The position numbers and the translations under genes are program-made. This document shows, in pieces, positions 28,701 to 43,570 of a stretch of DNA of 64,000 nt. The notes under the pieces are model-generated. The model worked only from the letters and a program-made list of their open reading frames with translations. It did not search any database and was not told the origin of the DNA. The stretch is from positions 434,001 to 498,000 of the forward strand of contig CM082581.2 in the NCBI GenBank assembly GCA_040954595.2. Reading direction: 5' to 3'. Position 1 is the stretch's first letter; each line of letters opens with the position of its first letter. Source of the DNA: Balanoglossus misakiensis (Eukaryota; Animalia; Hemichordata).

Positions 28701-29241
28701 CGCTCGAGTACGAATAGCGGATCTCTCTGTTTGACTTTGAAATTGGAAAACAATTTCGATCGCAATGTGACTGTTATCATGTTTACTGACACAATGAACA
28801 TTAGTTTATTATCCTTGAACACTTTAGGTGACTTTAATCATATTTCATGTTATTTGATGTTTTTTTTCTGACGATTTTCGAGACTTTCCTTTGCGCGGGG
28901 GAGAATATGGAGAAGTGAGAGATTTACTCCAGAAGGATCACGAGACGGAAACTCTTACCCTATCAGAGTTGACTTTGTTTCCCGCCAAACTTTATACTTG
29001 TAGCAGATTTATTGTAATTTTTGAGTGTTTGCTCCGGAGTTCGTGGGACTTATATATAACCCAGTTTTGGCGCTTTCGGGCAGCATTTTGTAAGGAGCTC
29101 TGTGGTGTTACTCTGTTGTTCGATTCAGATGGTAATAAACCAGTGTTTTACCTAGCACTGAATCGTTCGCTTCTTTTCCAACGTCAGTATACTCGAACCC
29201 CCTCCCGGGAGTATTGATCACTGCCACGATACTTCCCCACA
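22795..29241 (+). mobile_element. BEL/Pao LTR retrotransposon family 2 (BEL-2), copy A, defective
   Basis: LTRs 22795-23143 and 28906-29241 (TATGG...CCACA); TSD ATTTG; PBS at 23148; polypurine tract gggggagaa. Confidence 0.96.
23177..28734 (+). pseudogene. pol: BEL-2 copy A gag-pol; 5' half with stops, frameshifts and deletions, 3' half (RNase H-integrase, ~26130-28734) open
   Basis: LPKLQLQTFSG gag motif, FDEGA protease, YVDN RT, FADAS RNase H, integrase H..H/C..C and GVDF/SDNA/WER catalytic motifs; stops at ~23387 and ~25644. Confidence 0.93.
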
Positions 29242-32200
29242 ATTTGGTCAAAATGGTAAATTTTTGAAAATTACAAAAAATACCCGTTTTCTACATTTTC
29301 GAAAATCTGATGGAGTATAAAATGCTCTTCGTATGTATATATCGATACAAATTCCACAAAAGACAGTCTAATATGGCTCACTGCAGACAAAATTGTGTTT
29401 TACCAAATGTTCCTTGAAAATGTCATTTTTAGAAAAAAAAAGAAAAAAAACCTTTGTTCTTCGAATTTGGTGCCCTGATCATATATGACATGTTGATTGT
29501 ATGTTAAAACTTTCGACCACTCCAAAAATGCAGAGATATTGACGGAATTCAAGAAAAAATAGCCATTTTGGCCATATTTTGACAAAAATGGTAAATTTTT
29601 AAAAAATCATAAAAAATTAACTCCTTTCTTCATTTTTGGAAATATTATGGATCATGAAGTGTCGTTCTCTTGTAAAAAGTGCTGCAAATTCCAGAAAAGG
29701 CGGTATAATTTGAATCACCCAAGACAAAATTACCATTTTCGACTTTTTTTCGAAATATTGTCTTTTTTACAAAATAAATAAGAATAAATTCTTTTCTTAG
29801 TTTGAAACGGGTAGAGATACTTTCCACACGGGTTTTCTAACAATGAATTCCCGTTCATCAACTCAGATTTCCTACAGCATAAGTCGGCTGAAACCCTGAC
29901 ACTCTAGAGCAGAAACAGTTGCACACTGGTAAAGTTGAACAAGTCGATTTTTCTACGGCATGGCTCGGCTAAATCTCCGTCACAATATGACAGACACTAG
30001 CGTACGTTAGCAACGGTGATCAAGTCAGATTTTCTACGGCATGGCTTGGATAAAGCCCCGGCACTCTAGAGCAGAAACAAGCGTACAGAGACCACGTTGA
30101 TCAAGTCTGATATCCTACGGCTTGGCTCGACTAAAACCCCGGCACACTATGACAGACACTAGCGTTCGTTAGCAACGTTGATCAAGTCAGATTTCCTACG
30201 GCATGGCTTGGATAAAGCCCTGGCACTCTAGAGCAGAAACACGCGTACAGAGACCACGTTGATCTACTCGGATTTCCTTCGGCCTGGCTCTGCAAAAGAC
30301 CCGACACTCTAGTACAAAGACGTTGGCTAAGTCGGGCAAACCGAAGAAGGAAAGTCACAGCGGGTCAACACTCGACATTTGTTTGGGTAGGACTGCATTA
30401 TTGCCTGTCAATTTATAGAGAAAGCCCGAATTTAACCAGGGCGTTTCAAACACCGACGTTAGTTGGGGGCACGGCCTGCAGTACTGCCGGGTAAGCTGAC
30501 ATCGGCGTACCGCATATAATGTAGGGGGGGGGGGGAACAGAACGGTTCAATACTACATTTATTAGATATCAGCTAATTTTGGACAATCATCTAAAATCTA
30601 AATCATTTTTTCATATTTGGATATTAGATGATGTATGAAATTTCCATTATACGTTAAAATAGTGCTGATTATAAAAAATGCACTCTGAATGAGCTGATTT
30701 AATACAAAATTGCGTTTTATTCGTTTTTGCACCAAAAGGTCATTTTTAGGCAAAACATTCTTTATTTTATTAATTCGGTGACCTGATCATATATAAACAA
30801 TTGCTTGTATGTTAAAAGTTTTTATGACTTTTAAAAGCAGTGACACTGGCGGCATTCAACACGAAAATAACAATTTTAGCCACAATTTGGTCAAAATAGT
30901 AAATTTTTGAAAATTACAAAAAATACCTGTTTTCTACATTTTCGGAAATCTGATGGAGTATAGAATGCTCTTCGTATGTATATATCGATACAAATTCCAC
31001 AAAAGACCGTCTAATTTGGCTCACTGCAGACAAAATTGCGTTTTACCAAATTTTCCTTGAAAATGTCATTTTTAGAAAAAAAAAAAAAACTTTTGTTCTT
31101 CGAATTTGGTGCCCTGATCATATATGACATGTTGATTGTATGTTAAGACTTTCGACCACTCCAAAAATGCAGAGATATTGACGGAATTCAAGAAAAAATA
31201 GCCATTTTGGCCATATTTTGACGAAAATGGTAAATTTTTAAAAAATCATAAAAAATTAACTCTTTTCTTATTTTTTCGGAAATATTATGGAGCATGAAGT
31301 GTCGTTCTCTTGTAAAAAGTGCTGCAAATTCCAGAAAAGGCAGTATAATTTGAATCACCCAAGACAAAATTACCATTTTCGACTTTTTTCGATAAAATTG
31401 TCTTTTTTACAAAATAAATAAGAATAAATTCTTTTCTTAGTTTCAAACGGGTAGAGATACTTTTCACACGGGTTTTCTAAAATTGAATTCCCGTTCATCA
31501 ACTCAGATTTCCTACAGCATAAGTCGGCTAAAACCCTGACACTCTAGAGCAGAAACAGTTGCACACTGGTAACGTTGAACAAGTCGATTTTTCTACGGCC
31601 TGGCTCCGCTAAATGTCCGTCACAATATGACAGACACTAGCGTACGTTAGCAACGGTGATCAAGTCAGATTTTCTACGGCATGGCTTGGATAAAGCCCCG
31701 GCACTCTAGAGCAGAAACACGCTTACAGAGACCACGTTGATCAAGTCTGATCTCCTACGGCTTGGCTCGACTGAAACCCCAGCACACTATGACAGACACT
31801 AGCGTACGTTAGCAACGGTGATCAAGTCAGATTTTCTACGGCATGGCTTGGATAAAGCCCCGGCACTCTAGAGCAGAAACACGCGTACAGAGACCACGTT
31901 GATCAAGTCTGATCTCCTACGGCTTGGCTCGACTAAAACCCCGGCACACTATGACAGACACTGGCGTTCGTTAGCAACGTTGATCAAGTCAGATTTCCTA
32001 CGGCATGGCTTGGCTAAAGCCCTGGCATTCTAGAGCAGAAACACGCGTACAGAGACCACGTTGATCTACTCACATTTCCTTCGGCCTGGCACGGCTGATG
32101 CCCCGGCACTATATATAGGACACAGACTGGCGTAAGTTAACAACGGTAATCACGTCGGGTTTCCTACGGCCTGGCTCAGCTGAAGCCCCGGCACTCTAGA

Positions 32201-35200
32201 GCAGAAACAGGCGTACATTGACCACGTTGATCAAGTCAGATTTCCTACGGCGTGACTCGGCTGGTGCACCGGCTCTATATGACACAGACTGGCGTAAGTT
32301 TTCAACGGTGATTACGTCGGATTTCCTACGGCCTGGTTTAGCTGAAGCCCCGGCACTTTAGAGCGGAAACACGCGTACATTGACCACGATGATCAAGTCA
32401 GATCTCCTACGGCCTGGCTCGACTAAAACCCCGGCACGCCATGACAGACACTAGCGTTCGTTAGCAACGGTGATCAAGTCGGATTTCCTTCGGCCTGGCT
32501 CTGCAAAAGACCCGACACTCTAGTACAAAGACGTTGGCTAAGTCGGGCAAACCGAAGAGGGAAAGTCACAGCGGTTCAACACTTGACATTTGTTCGGGTA
32601 GGACTGCATTATTGCCTGTCAATTTATAGAGAAAGCCCGAATTTAACCAGGGCGTTTCAAACACCGACGTTAGTTGGGGGCACGGCCTGCAGTACTGCCG
32701 GGTAAGCTGACATCGGCGTACCGCATATAATGTAGGGGGGGGGGGGGGGGAACAGAACGGTTCAATACTACATTTATTAGATATCAGCTAATTTTGGACG
32801 ATCATTTAAAATCTAAATCATTTTTTCATATTTGGATATCTGATGATGTATGAAATTTCCATTATATGTAAAAATGGTGCTGATTATAAAAAATGCATTC
32901 TGATTTAATACAAAATTGCGTTTTATTCATTTTTGCACCAAAAAGGTCATTTTTAGGCAAAACATTCGTTATTTTTTTAATTCGGTGACCTGATCATATA
33001 TAAACAATTGCTTGTATGTTAAAAGTTTTTATGACTTTTAAAAGCAGTGACACTGGCGGCATTCAACACGAAAATAACAATTTTAGCCACAATTTGGTCA
33101 AAATGGTAAATTTTTGAAAATTACAAAAAATACCTGTTTTCTACATTTTCGGAAATCTGATGGAGTATAGAATGCTCTTCGTATGTATATATCGATACAA
33201 ATTCCACAAAAGACCGTCTAATTTGGCTCACTGCAGACAAAATTGCGTTTTACCAAATTTTCCTTGAAAATGTCATTTTTAGAAGAAAAAAGAAAGAAAC
33301 AAACCTTTGTTCTTCGAATTTGGTGCCCTGATCATATATGATATGTTGATTGTATGTTAAAACTTTCGACCACTCCAAAAATGCAGAGATATTGACGGAA
33401 TTCAAGAAAAAATAGCCATTTTGGCCATATTTTGACAAAAATGGTAAATTTTTAAATAATCATAAAAAATTAACTCTTTTCTTCATTTTCGGAAATATTA
33501 TGGAGCATGAAGTGTCGTTCTCTTGTAAAAAGTGCGGCAAATTCCAGAAAAGTCGGTATAATTTGAATCACCCAAGACAAAATTACCATTTTCGACTTTT
33601 TTTCGAAAAATTGTCTTTTTTACAAAATAAATAAGAATAAATTCTTTTCTTAGTTTCAAACGGGTAGAGATACTTTCCACACGGGTTTTCTAACATTGAA
33701 TTCCCGTTCATGAACTCAGATTTCCTACTGCATAAGTCGGCTAAAACCCTGACACTCTAGAGCAGAAACAGTTGCACACTGGTAACGTTGATCAAGTCTG
33801 ATCTCCTACGGCTTGGCTCGACTAAAACCCCGGCACACTATGACAGACACTAGCGTTCGTTAGCAACGTTGATCAAGTCAGATTTCCTACGGCATGGCTT
33901 AGCTAAAACCCTGGCACTCTAGAGCAGAAACACGCGTACAGAGACCACGTTGATCTCCTCACATTTCCTTCGGCCTGGCACGACTGATGCCCCGGCACTA
34001 TATATAGGACACAGACTGGCGTAAGTTAACAACGGTAATCACGTCGGGTTTCCTACGGCCTGGCTCAGCTGAAGCCCCGGCACTCTAGAGCAGAAACAGG
34101 CGTACATTGACCACGTTGATCAAGTCAGATTTTCTACGGCGTGACTCGGCTGGTGCACCGGCACTATATGACACAGACTGGCGTAAGTTATCAACGGTGA
34201 TTACGTAGGATTTCCTACGGCCTGGTTTAGCTGAATCCCCGGCACTTTAGAGCGGAAACACGCGTACATTGACCACGATGATCAAGTCAGATCTCCTACG
34301 GCCTGGCTCGACTAAAACCCCGGCACACCATGACAGACACTAGCGTTCGTTAGCAACGGTGATCAAGTCGGATTTCCGTCGGCCTGGCTCTGCAAAAGAC
34401 CCGACACTCTAGTACAAAGACGTTGGCTAAGTCGGGCAAACCGAAGAGGGAAAGTCACAGCGGTTCAACACTTGACATTTGTTCGGGTAGGACTGCATTA
34501 TTGCCTGTCAATTTATAGAGAAAGCCCAAATTTAACCAGGGCGTTTCAAACACCGACGTTAGTTGGGGGCACGGCCTGCAGTACTGCCGGGTAAGCTGAC
34601 ATCGGCGTACCGCATATAATGTAGGGGGGGGGGGGAACAGAACGGTTCAATACTACATTTATTAGATATCAGCTAATTTTGGACGATCATTTAAAATCTA
34701 AATCATTTTTTTCATATTTGGATATCTGATGATGTATGAAATTTCCATTATATGTAAAAATGGTGCTGATTATACAAAATGCATTCTGATTTAATACAAA
34801 ATTGCGTTTTATTCATTTTTGCACCAAAAAGGTCATTTTTAGGCAAAACATTCTTTATTTTTTTAATTCGGTGACCTGATCATATATAAACAATTGCTTG
34901 TATGTTAAAAGTTTTTATGACTTTTAAAAGCAGTGACACTGGCGGCATTCAACACGAAAATAACAATTTTAGCCACAATTTGGTCAAAATGGTAAATTTT
35001 TGAAAATTACAAAAAATACCTGTTTTCTACATTTTCGGAAATCTGATGGAGTATAGAATGCTCTTCGTATGTATATATCGATACAAATTCCACAAAAGAC
35101 CGTCTAATTTGGCTCACTGCAGACAAAATTGCGTTTTACCAAATTTTCCTTGAATATGTCATTTTTAGAAGAAAAAAGAAAGAAAAAAACCTTTGTTCTT

Positions 35201-38200
35201 CGAATTTGGTGCCCTGATCATATATGATATGTTGATTGTATGTTAAAACTTCCGACCACTCCGAAAATGCAGAGATATTGACGGAATTCAAGAAAAAATA
35301 GCCATTTTGGCCATATTTTGACAAAAATGGTAAATTTTTAAATAATCATAAAAAATTAACTCTTTTCTTCATTTTCGGAAATATTATGGAGCATGAAGTG
35401 TCGTTCTCTTGTAAAAAGTGCTGCAAATTCCAGAAAAGGCGGTATAATTTGAATCACCCAAGACAAAATTACCATTTTCGACTTTTTTTCGAAAAATTGT
35501 CTTTTTTACAAAATAAATAAGAATAAATTCTTTTCTTAGTTTCAAACGGGTAGAGATACTTTCCACACGGGTTTTCTAACATTGAATTCCCGTTCATCAA
35601 CTCAGATTTCCTACAGCATAAGTCGGCTAAAACCCTGACACTCTAGAGCAGAAACAGTTGCACACTGGTAACGTTGAACAAGTCGATTTTTCTACGGCCT
35701 GGTTCGGCTAAATCTCCGTCACAATATGACAGACACTAGCGTACGTAAGCAACGGTGATCAAGTCAGATTTTCTACGGCATGGGTTGGATAAAGCCCCGG
35801 CACTCTAGAGCAGAAACACGCGTACAGAGACCACGTTGATCAAGTCTGATCTCCTACGGCTTGGCTCGACTAAAACCCCGGCACACTATGACAGACACTA
35901 GCGTTCGTTAGCAACGTTGATCAAGTCAGATTTCCTACGGCCTGGCACGGCTGATGCCCCGGCACTATATATAGGACACAGACTGGCGTAAGTTAACAAC
36001 GGTAATCACGTCGGGTTTCCTACGGCCTGGCTCAGCTGAAGCCCCGGCACTCTAGAGCAGAAACAGGCGTACATTGACCACGTTGATCAAGTCAGATTTC
36101 CTACGGCGTGACTCGGCTGGTGCACCGGCTCTATATGACACTGACTGGCGTAAGTTATCAATGGTGATTACGTCGGATTTCCTACGGCCTGGTTTAGCTG
36201 AAGCCCCGGCACTTTAGAGCGGAAACACGCGTACATTGACCACGATGATCAAGTCAGATCTCCTACAGCCTGGCTCGACTAAAACCCCGGCACACCATGA
36301 CAGACACTAGCGTTCGTTAGCAAAGGTGATCAAGTCGGATTTCCTTCGGCCTGGCTCTGCAAAAGAACCGACACTCTAGTACAAAGACGTTGGCTAAGTC
36401 GGGCAAACCGAAGAGGGAAAGTCACAGCGGGTCAACACTCGACATTTGTTCGGGTAGGACTGCATTATTGCCTGTCAATTTATAGAGAAAGCCCGAATTT
36501 AACCAGGGCGTTTCAAACACCGACGTTAGTTGGGGGCACGGCCTGCAGTCCTGCCGGGTAAGCTGACATCGGCGTACCGCATGTAATGTAGGGGGGGGGG
36601 AACAGAACGGTTCAATACTACATTTATTAGATATCAGCTAATTTTGGACAATCATCTAAAATCTAAATCATGTTTTCATATTTGGATATCTGATGATGTA
36701 TGAAATTTCCATTATATGTAAAAATGGTGCTGATTATAAAAAATGCACTCTGAATGAGCTGATTTAATACAAAATTGCGTTTTCTTCGTTTTTGCACCAA
36801 AAAGGTCATTTTTAGTCAAAACGTTCTTTATTTTTTTAATTCGGTGACCTGATCATATATAAACAATTGCTTGTATGTTAAAAGTTTTCATGACTTTTAA
36901 AAGCAGTAACACTGGCGGCATTCAACGCGAAAATAGCAATTTTAGCCACAATTTGGTAAAAATTGTAAATTTTTTTAAAATTACAAAAAATACCTGTTTT
37001 CTACATTTTCGGAAATCTGATGGAGTATAGAATGCTCTTCGTATGTATATATCGATACAAATTCCACAAAAGACCGTCTAATTTGGCTCACTGCAGACAC
37101 AATTGCGTTTTACCAAATTTTCCTTGAAAATGTCATTTTTAGAAAAAAAAATAAAAAAACCTTTGTTCTTCGAATTTGGTGCTCGGATCATAACGACATG
37201 TTGATTGTTTGTTAAAAGTTTCGACCACTCCAAAAATGCAGAGATATTGACGGAATTCAAGAAAAAATAGCCATTTTGGCCATATTTTGACAAAAATGGT
37301 AAATTTTTAAAAAATCATAAAAAATAAACTCTTTTCTTCATTTTCGGAAATATTATGGAGCATGAAGTGTCGTTCTCTTGTAAAAAGTGCTGCAAATTCC
37401 AGAAAAGGCGGTATAATTTGAATCACCCAAGACAAAATTACCATTTTCGACTTTTTTTTCGAAAAATTGTCTTTTTTACAAAATAAATAAGAATAAATTA
37501 TTTTCTTAGTTTCAAACGGGTAGTGATACTTTCCACACGGGTTTTCTAACATTGAATTCCCGTTCATCAACTCAGATTTCCTACAGCATAAGTCGGCTAA
37601 AACCCTGACACTCTAGAGCAGAAACAGTTGCACACTGGTAACGTTGAACAAGTCGATTTTTCTACGGCCTGGCTCGACTAAATCTCCGTCACAATATGAC
37701 AGACACAAGCGTACGTTAGCAATGGTGATCAAGTCAGATTTTCTACGGCATGGGTTTCCTACGGCCTGGCTGAGCTGAAGCCCCGGCACTCTAGAGAAGA
37801 AACACGCGTACAGAGACCACGTTGATCAAGTCTGATCTCCTACGGCTTGGCTCGACTAAAACCCCGGCACACTATGACAGACACTAGCGTTCGTTAGCAA
37901 CGTTGATCAAGTCAGATTTCCTACGGCATGGCTTAGCTAAAACCCTGGCACTCTAGAGCAGAAACACGCGTACAGAGACCACGTTGATCTTCTCACATTT
38001 CCTTCGGCCTGGCACGGCTGATGCCCCCGGCACTATATATAGGACACAAACTGGCGTAAGTTAACAACAGTATTTACGTCGGATTTCCTACGGCCTGGCT
38101 CAGCTGAAGCCCCAGCACTTTAGAGCAGAAACAGGCGTACATTGACCACGTTGATCAAGTAAGATTTCCTACGGCGTGACTCGGCTGGTGCACCGGCTCT

Positions 38201-41200
38201 ATATGACACAGACTGGCGTAAGTTATCAACGGTGATTACGTCGGATTTCCTACGGCCTGGTTTAGCTGAAGCCCCGGCACTTTAGAGCGGAAACACGCGT
38301 ACATTGACCACGATGATCAAGTCAGATCTCCTACAGCCTGGCTCGACTAAAACCCCGGCACACCATGACAGACACTAGCGTTCGTTTGCAACGGTGATCA
38401 AGTCGGATTTCCTTCGGCCTGGCTCTGCAAAAGACCCGACACTCTAGTACAAAGACGTTGGCTAAGTCGGGCAAACCGAACAGGGAAAGTCACAGCGGGT
38501 CAACACTCGACATTTGTTCCGGTAGGACTGCATTATTGCCTGTCAATTTATAGAGAAAGCCCGAATTTAACCAGGGCGTTTCAAACACCGCCGTTAGTTG
38601 GGGGCACGGCCTGCAGTACTGCCGGGTAAGCTGACATCAGCGTACCGCATATAATGTAGGGGGGGGGAATAGAACGGTTCAATACTACATTTATCAGATA
38701 TCAGCTAATTTTGGACAATCATCTAAAATGTAAATCATCTTTTCATATTTGGATATCTGATGATGTATGAAATTTCCATTATATGTAAAAATGGTGCTGA
38801 TTATAAAAATGCAGTCTGAATGAGCTGATTTAATACAAAATTGCGTTTTATTCGTTTTTGCACCAAAAAGGTCATTTTTAGTCAAAACATTCTTTATTTT
38901 TTTAATTCGGTGACCTGATCATATATAAACAATTGCTTGTATGTTAAAAGTTTTTATGACTTTTAAAAGCAGTGACACTGGCGGCATTCAACACGAAAAT
39001 AACAATTTTAGCCACAATTTGGTCAAAATGGTAAATTTTTGAAAATTACAAAAAATACCTGTTTTCTACATTTTCGGAAATCTGATGGAGTATAGAATGC
39101 TCTTCGTATGTATATATCGATACAAATTCCACAAAAGACCGTCTAATTTGGCTCACTGCAGACAAAATTGCGTTTTACCAAATTTTCCTTGAAAATGTCA
39201 TTTTAGAAAGAAAAAAAAAAAAAAACCTTTGTTCTTCGAATTTGGTGCCTGATCATATATAACATGTTGATTGTATGTTAAAACTTTCGACCACTCCAAA
39301 AATGCTGAGATATTGACGGAATTCAAGAAAAAATAGCCATTTTGGCCATATTTTGACAAAAATGGTAAATTTTTAAAAATCATAAAAAATTAACTCTTTT
39401 CTTCATTTTCGGAAATATTATGGAGCATGAAGTGTCGTTCTCTTGTAAAAAGTGCTGCAAATTCCAGAAAAGGCGGTATAATTTGAATCACCCAAGACAA
39501 AATTACCATTTTCGACTTTTTTCGAAATATTGTCTTTTTTACAAAATAAATAAGAATAAATTCTTTTCTTAGTTCCAAACGGGTAGAGATACTTTCCACA
39601 CGGGTTTTCTAACATTGAATTCCCGTTCATCAGCTCTGATTTCCTACAGCATAAATCGGCTAAAACCGTGACACTCTAGAGCAGAAACAGTTGCACACTG
39701 GTAACGTTGAACAAGTCGATTTTTTTACAGCCTGGCTCGGCTAAATCTCCGTCACAATATGACAGACACTAGCGTACGTTAGCAACGGTGATCAAGTCAG
39801 ATTTTCTACGGCATGGCTTGGATAAAGCCCCGGCACTCTAGAGCAGAAACACGCGTACAGAGACCACGTTGATCAAGTCTGATCTCCTACGGCTTGGCTC
39901 GACTAAAAACCCCGGCACACTATGACAGACACTAGCGTTCGTTAGCAACGTTGATCAAGACAGATTTCCTACGGCATGGCTTTGCTAAAGCCCTGACACT
40001 CTAGAGCAGAAACACGAGTACAGAGACCACGTTGATCTACTCACATTTCCTTCGGCCTGGCACGGCTGATGCCCCGGCACTATATATAGGACACAGACTG
40101 GCGTAAGTTAACAACGGTAATCACGTCGGGTTTCCTACGGCCTGGCTCAGCTGAAGCCCCGGCACTCTAGAGCAGAAACAGGCGTACATTGACCACGTTG
40201 ATCAAGTCAGATTTCCTACGGCGTGACTCGGCTGGTGCACCGGCTCTATATGACACAGACTGTCGTAAGTTATCAACGGTGATTACGTCGGATTTCCTAC
40301 GGCCTGGTTTAGCTGAAACCCCGGCACTTTAGAGCGGAAACACGCTTACATAGACCACGATGATCAAGTCAAATCTTGTACGGCCTGGCTCGACTAAAAC
40401 CCCGGCACACCATGACAGACACTAGCGTTCGTTAGCAACGGTGATCAAGTCGGATTTCCATCGGCCTGGCTCTGCAAAAGACCCGACACTCTAGTACAAA
40501 GACGTTGGCTAAGTCGGGCAAACCGAAGAGGGAAAGTCACAGCGGGTCAACACTCGACATTTGTTCGGGTAGGACTGCATTATTGCCTGTCAATTTATAG
40601 AGAAAGCCCGAATTTAACCAGGGCGTTTCAAACACCGACGTTAGTTGGGGGCACGGCCTGCAGTACTGCCGGGTAAGCTGACATCGGCGTACCGCATATA
40701 ATGTAGGGGGGGGGGGGGAACAGAACGGTTCAATACTACATTTATTAGATATCAGCTAATTTTGGACAATCATCTAAAATCTAAATCATTTTTTCATATT
40801 TGGATATCTGATGATGTATGAAATTTCCATTATATGTAAAAATGGTGCTGATTATAAAAAATGCACTCTGAATGAGCTGATTTAATACAAAATTGCGTTT
40901 TATTCGTTTTTGCACCAAAAAGGTCATTTTTAGGCAAACATTCTTCATTTTTATAATTCGGTGACCTGATCATATATAAACAATTGCTTGTATGTTGAAA
41001 GTTTTTATGACTTTTAAAAGCAGTGACACTGGCGGCATTCAACACGAAAATAACAATTTTAGCCACAATTTGGTCAAAATGGTAAATTTTTGAAAATTAC
41101 AAAAAATACATGTTTTCTACATTTTCGGAAATCTGATGGAGTATAGAATGTTCTTCGTATGTATATATCGATACAAATTCCACAAAAGACCGTCTAATTT

Positions 41201-43201
41201 GGCTCACTGCAGACAAAATTGCGTTTTACCAAATTTTCCTTGAAAATGTCATTTTTAGAAAAAAAAATAAAAAACCTTTGTTCATCGAATTTGGTGCCCT
41301 GATCATATATGACATGTTGATTGTATGTTAAAACTTTCGACCACTCCAAAAATGCAGAGATATTGACGGAATTCAAGAAAAAATAGCCATTTTGGCCATA
41401 TTTTGACAAAAATGGTAAATTTTTAAAAAATCATAAAAAATTAACTCTTTTCTTCATTTTCGGAAATATAATGGAGCATGAAGTGTCGTTCTCTTGTAAA
41501 AAGTGCTGCAAATTCCAGAAAAGGCGGTATAATTTGAATCACCCAAGACAAAATTACCATTTTCGACTTTTTTTCGAAAAATTGTCTTTTTTACAAAATA
41601 AATAAGAATACATTCTTTTCTTAGTTTCAAACGGGTAGAGATACTTTCCACGGGTTTTCTAACAATGAATTCCCGTTCATCAACTCAGATTTCCTACAGC
41701 ATAAGTCGGCTAAAACCCTGACACTCTAGAGCAGAAACAGTTGCACAAATGGTAACGTTGAACAAGTCGATTTTTCTACGGCCTGGCTCGGCTAAATCTC
41801 CGTCACAATATGACAGACACTAGCGTAGGTTAGCAACGGTGATCAAGTCAGATTTTCTACGGCATGGCTTGGATAAAGCCCCGGCACTCTAGAGCAGAAA
41901 CACGCGTACAGAGACCACGTTGATCAAGTCTGATCTCCTACGGCTTGGCTCGACTAAAACCCCGGCACACTATAACAGACACTAGCGTTCATTAGCAACG
42001 TTGATCAAGTCAGATTTCCTACGGCCTGGCTCGACTAAAACCCCGGCACACCATGACAGACACTAGCGTTCGTTAGCAACGGTGATCAAGTCAGATTTCC
42101 TACGGCATGACTTGGATAAAGCCCCGGCACTCTAGAGCAGAAACACGCGTACAGAGACCACGTTGATCAAGTCTGATCTCCTACGGCTTGGCTCGACTGA
42201 AACCCCGGCACACTATGACAGACACTAGCGTTCGTTAGCAACGTTGATCAAGTCAGATTTCCTACGGCATGGCTTGGCTAAAGCCCTGGCACTCTAGAGC
42301 AGAAACACGCGTACAGAGACCACGTTGATCTACTCACATTTCCTTCGGCCTGGCACGGCTGATGCCCCGGCTCTATATGACACAGACTGGCGTAAGTTAA
42401 CAACGGTGATTACGTCGGATTTCCTACGGCCTGGTTTAGCTGAAGCCCCGGCACTTTAGGGCGGAAACACGCGTACATTGACCACGATGATCAAGTTTGA
42501 TCTCCTACGGCCTGGCTCGACTTAAACCCCGGCACACCATGACAGACACTAGCGTTCGTTAGCAACGTTGATCAAGTTGGATTTCCTTCGGCCTGGCTCT
42601 GCAAAAGACCCGACACATTAGTACAAAGACGTTGGCTAAGTCGGGCAAACCGAAGAGGGAAAGTCACAGCGGGTCAACACTCGACATTTGTTCGGGTAGG
42701 ACTGCATTATTGCCTGTCAATTTATAGAGAAAGCTCGAATTTAACCAGGGCGTTTCAAACACCGACGTTAGTTGGGAGCACGGCCTGCAGTAATGCCGGG
42801 TAAGCTGACATCGGCGTACCGCATGTAATGTAGGGGGGGGGGAAACAGAACGGTTCAATACTACATTTATCAGATATCAGCTAATTTTGGACAATCATCT
42901 TAAATATATCTAATTCATTTTTTCATATTTGGATATCTGATGATGTATGAAATTTCCATTATACGTAAAAATGGTGCTGATTATAAAAATGCACTCTGAA
43001 TGAGCTGATTTAATACAAAATTGCGTTTTATTCGTTTTTGCACCAAAAAGGTCATTTTTAGGCAAAACATTCTTTATTTTTTTAATTCGGTGACCTGATC
43101 ATATATAAACAATTGCTTGTATGCTAAAAGTTTTTATGACTTTTAAAAGCAGTGACACTGGCGGCATTCAACACGAAAATAACAATTTTAGCCACAATTT
43201 G
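29242..43201. repeat. ~2.05 kb satellite, block 3 (~7 monomers of variable length)
   Basis: Poly-G landmarks at ~30524, 32735, 34624, 36591, 38659, 40706 and 42833; length variation comes from 80-bp unit copy number. Confidence 0.97.
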
Positions 43202-43541
43202 TATGGAGAAGTGAGAGATTTACTCCAGAAGGATCACGTGACGGAAACTCTTACCCTATCAGAGTTGACTTTGTTTCCCGCCAAACTTTATACTTGTAGC
43301 AGATTTATTGTAATTTTTGAGTGTTTGCTCCGGCGTTCGTGGGACTTATATATAACCCAGTTTTGGCGATTTCGGGCAGCTTTTTGTAAGGAGCTCTGTG
43401 GTGTTACTTTGTTGTTGGATTCAGATGGTAATAAACCAGTGTTTTACCTAGCACTGAATCGTTCGCTTCTTTTCCGACGTCAGTATACTCGAACCCCCTC
43501 CCGGGAGTATTGATCACTGCCACGATACTTCCCCACATTTT

Positions 43542-43559
43542 TGGTGCCGAGACCAGGAT
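43542..43559 (+). promoter_or_regulatory. Primer-binding site of BEL-2, probably tRNA-His
   Basis: TGGTGCCGAGACCAGGAT 4 nt after the LTR resembles the complement of the tRNA-His 3' end; copy A equivalent at 23148-23165. Confidence 0.75.
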
Positions 43560-43570
43560 AACCGAGCAAG

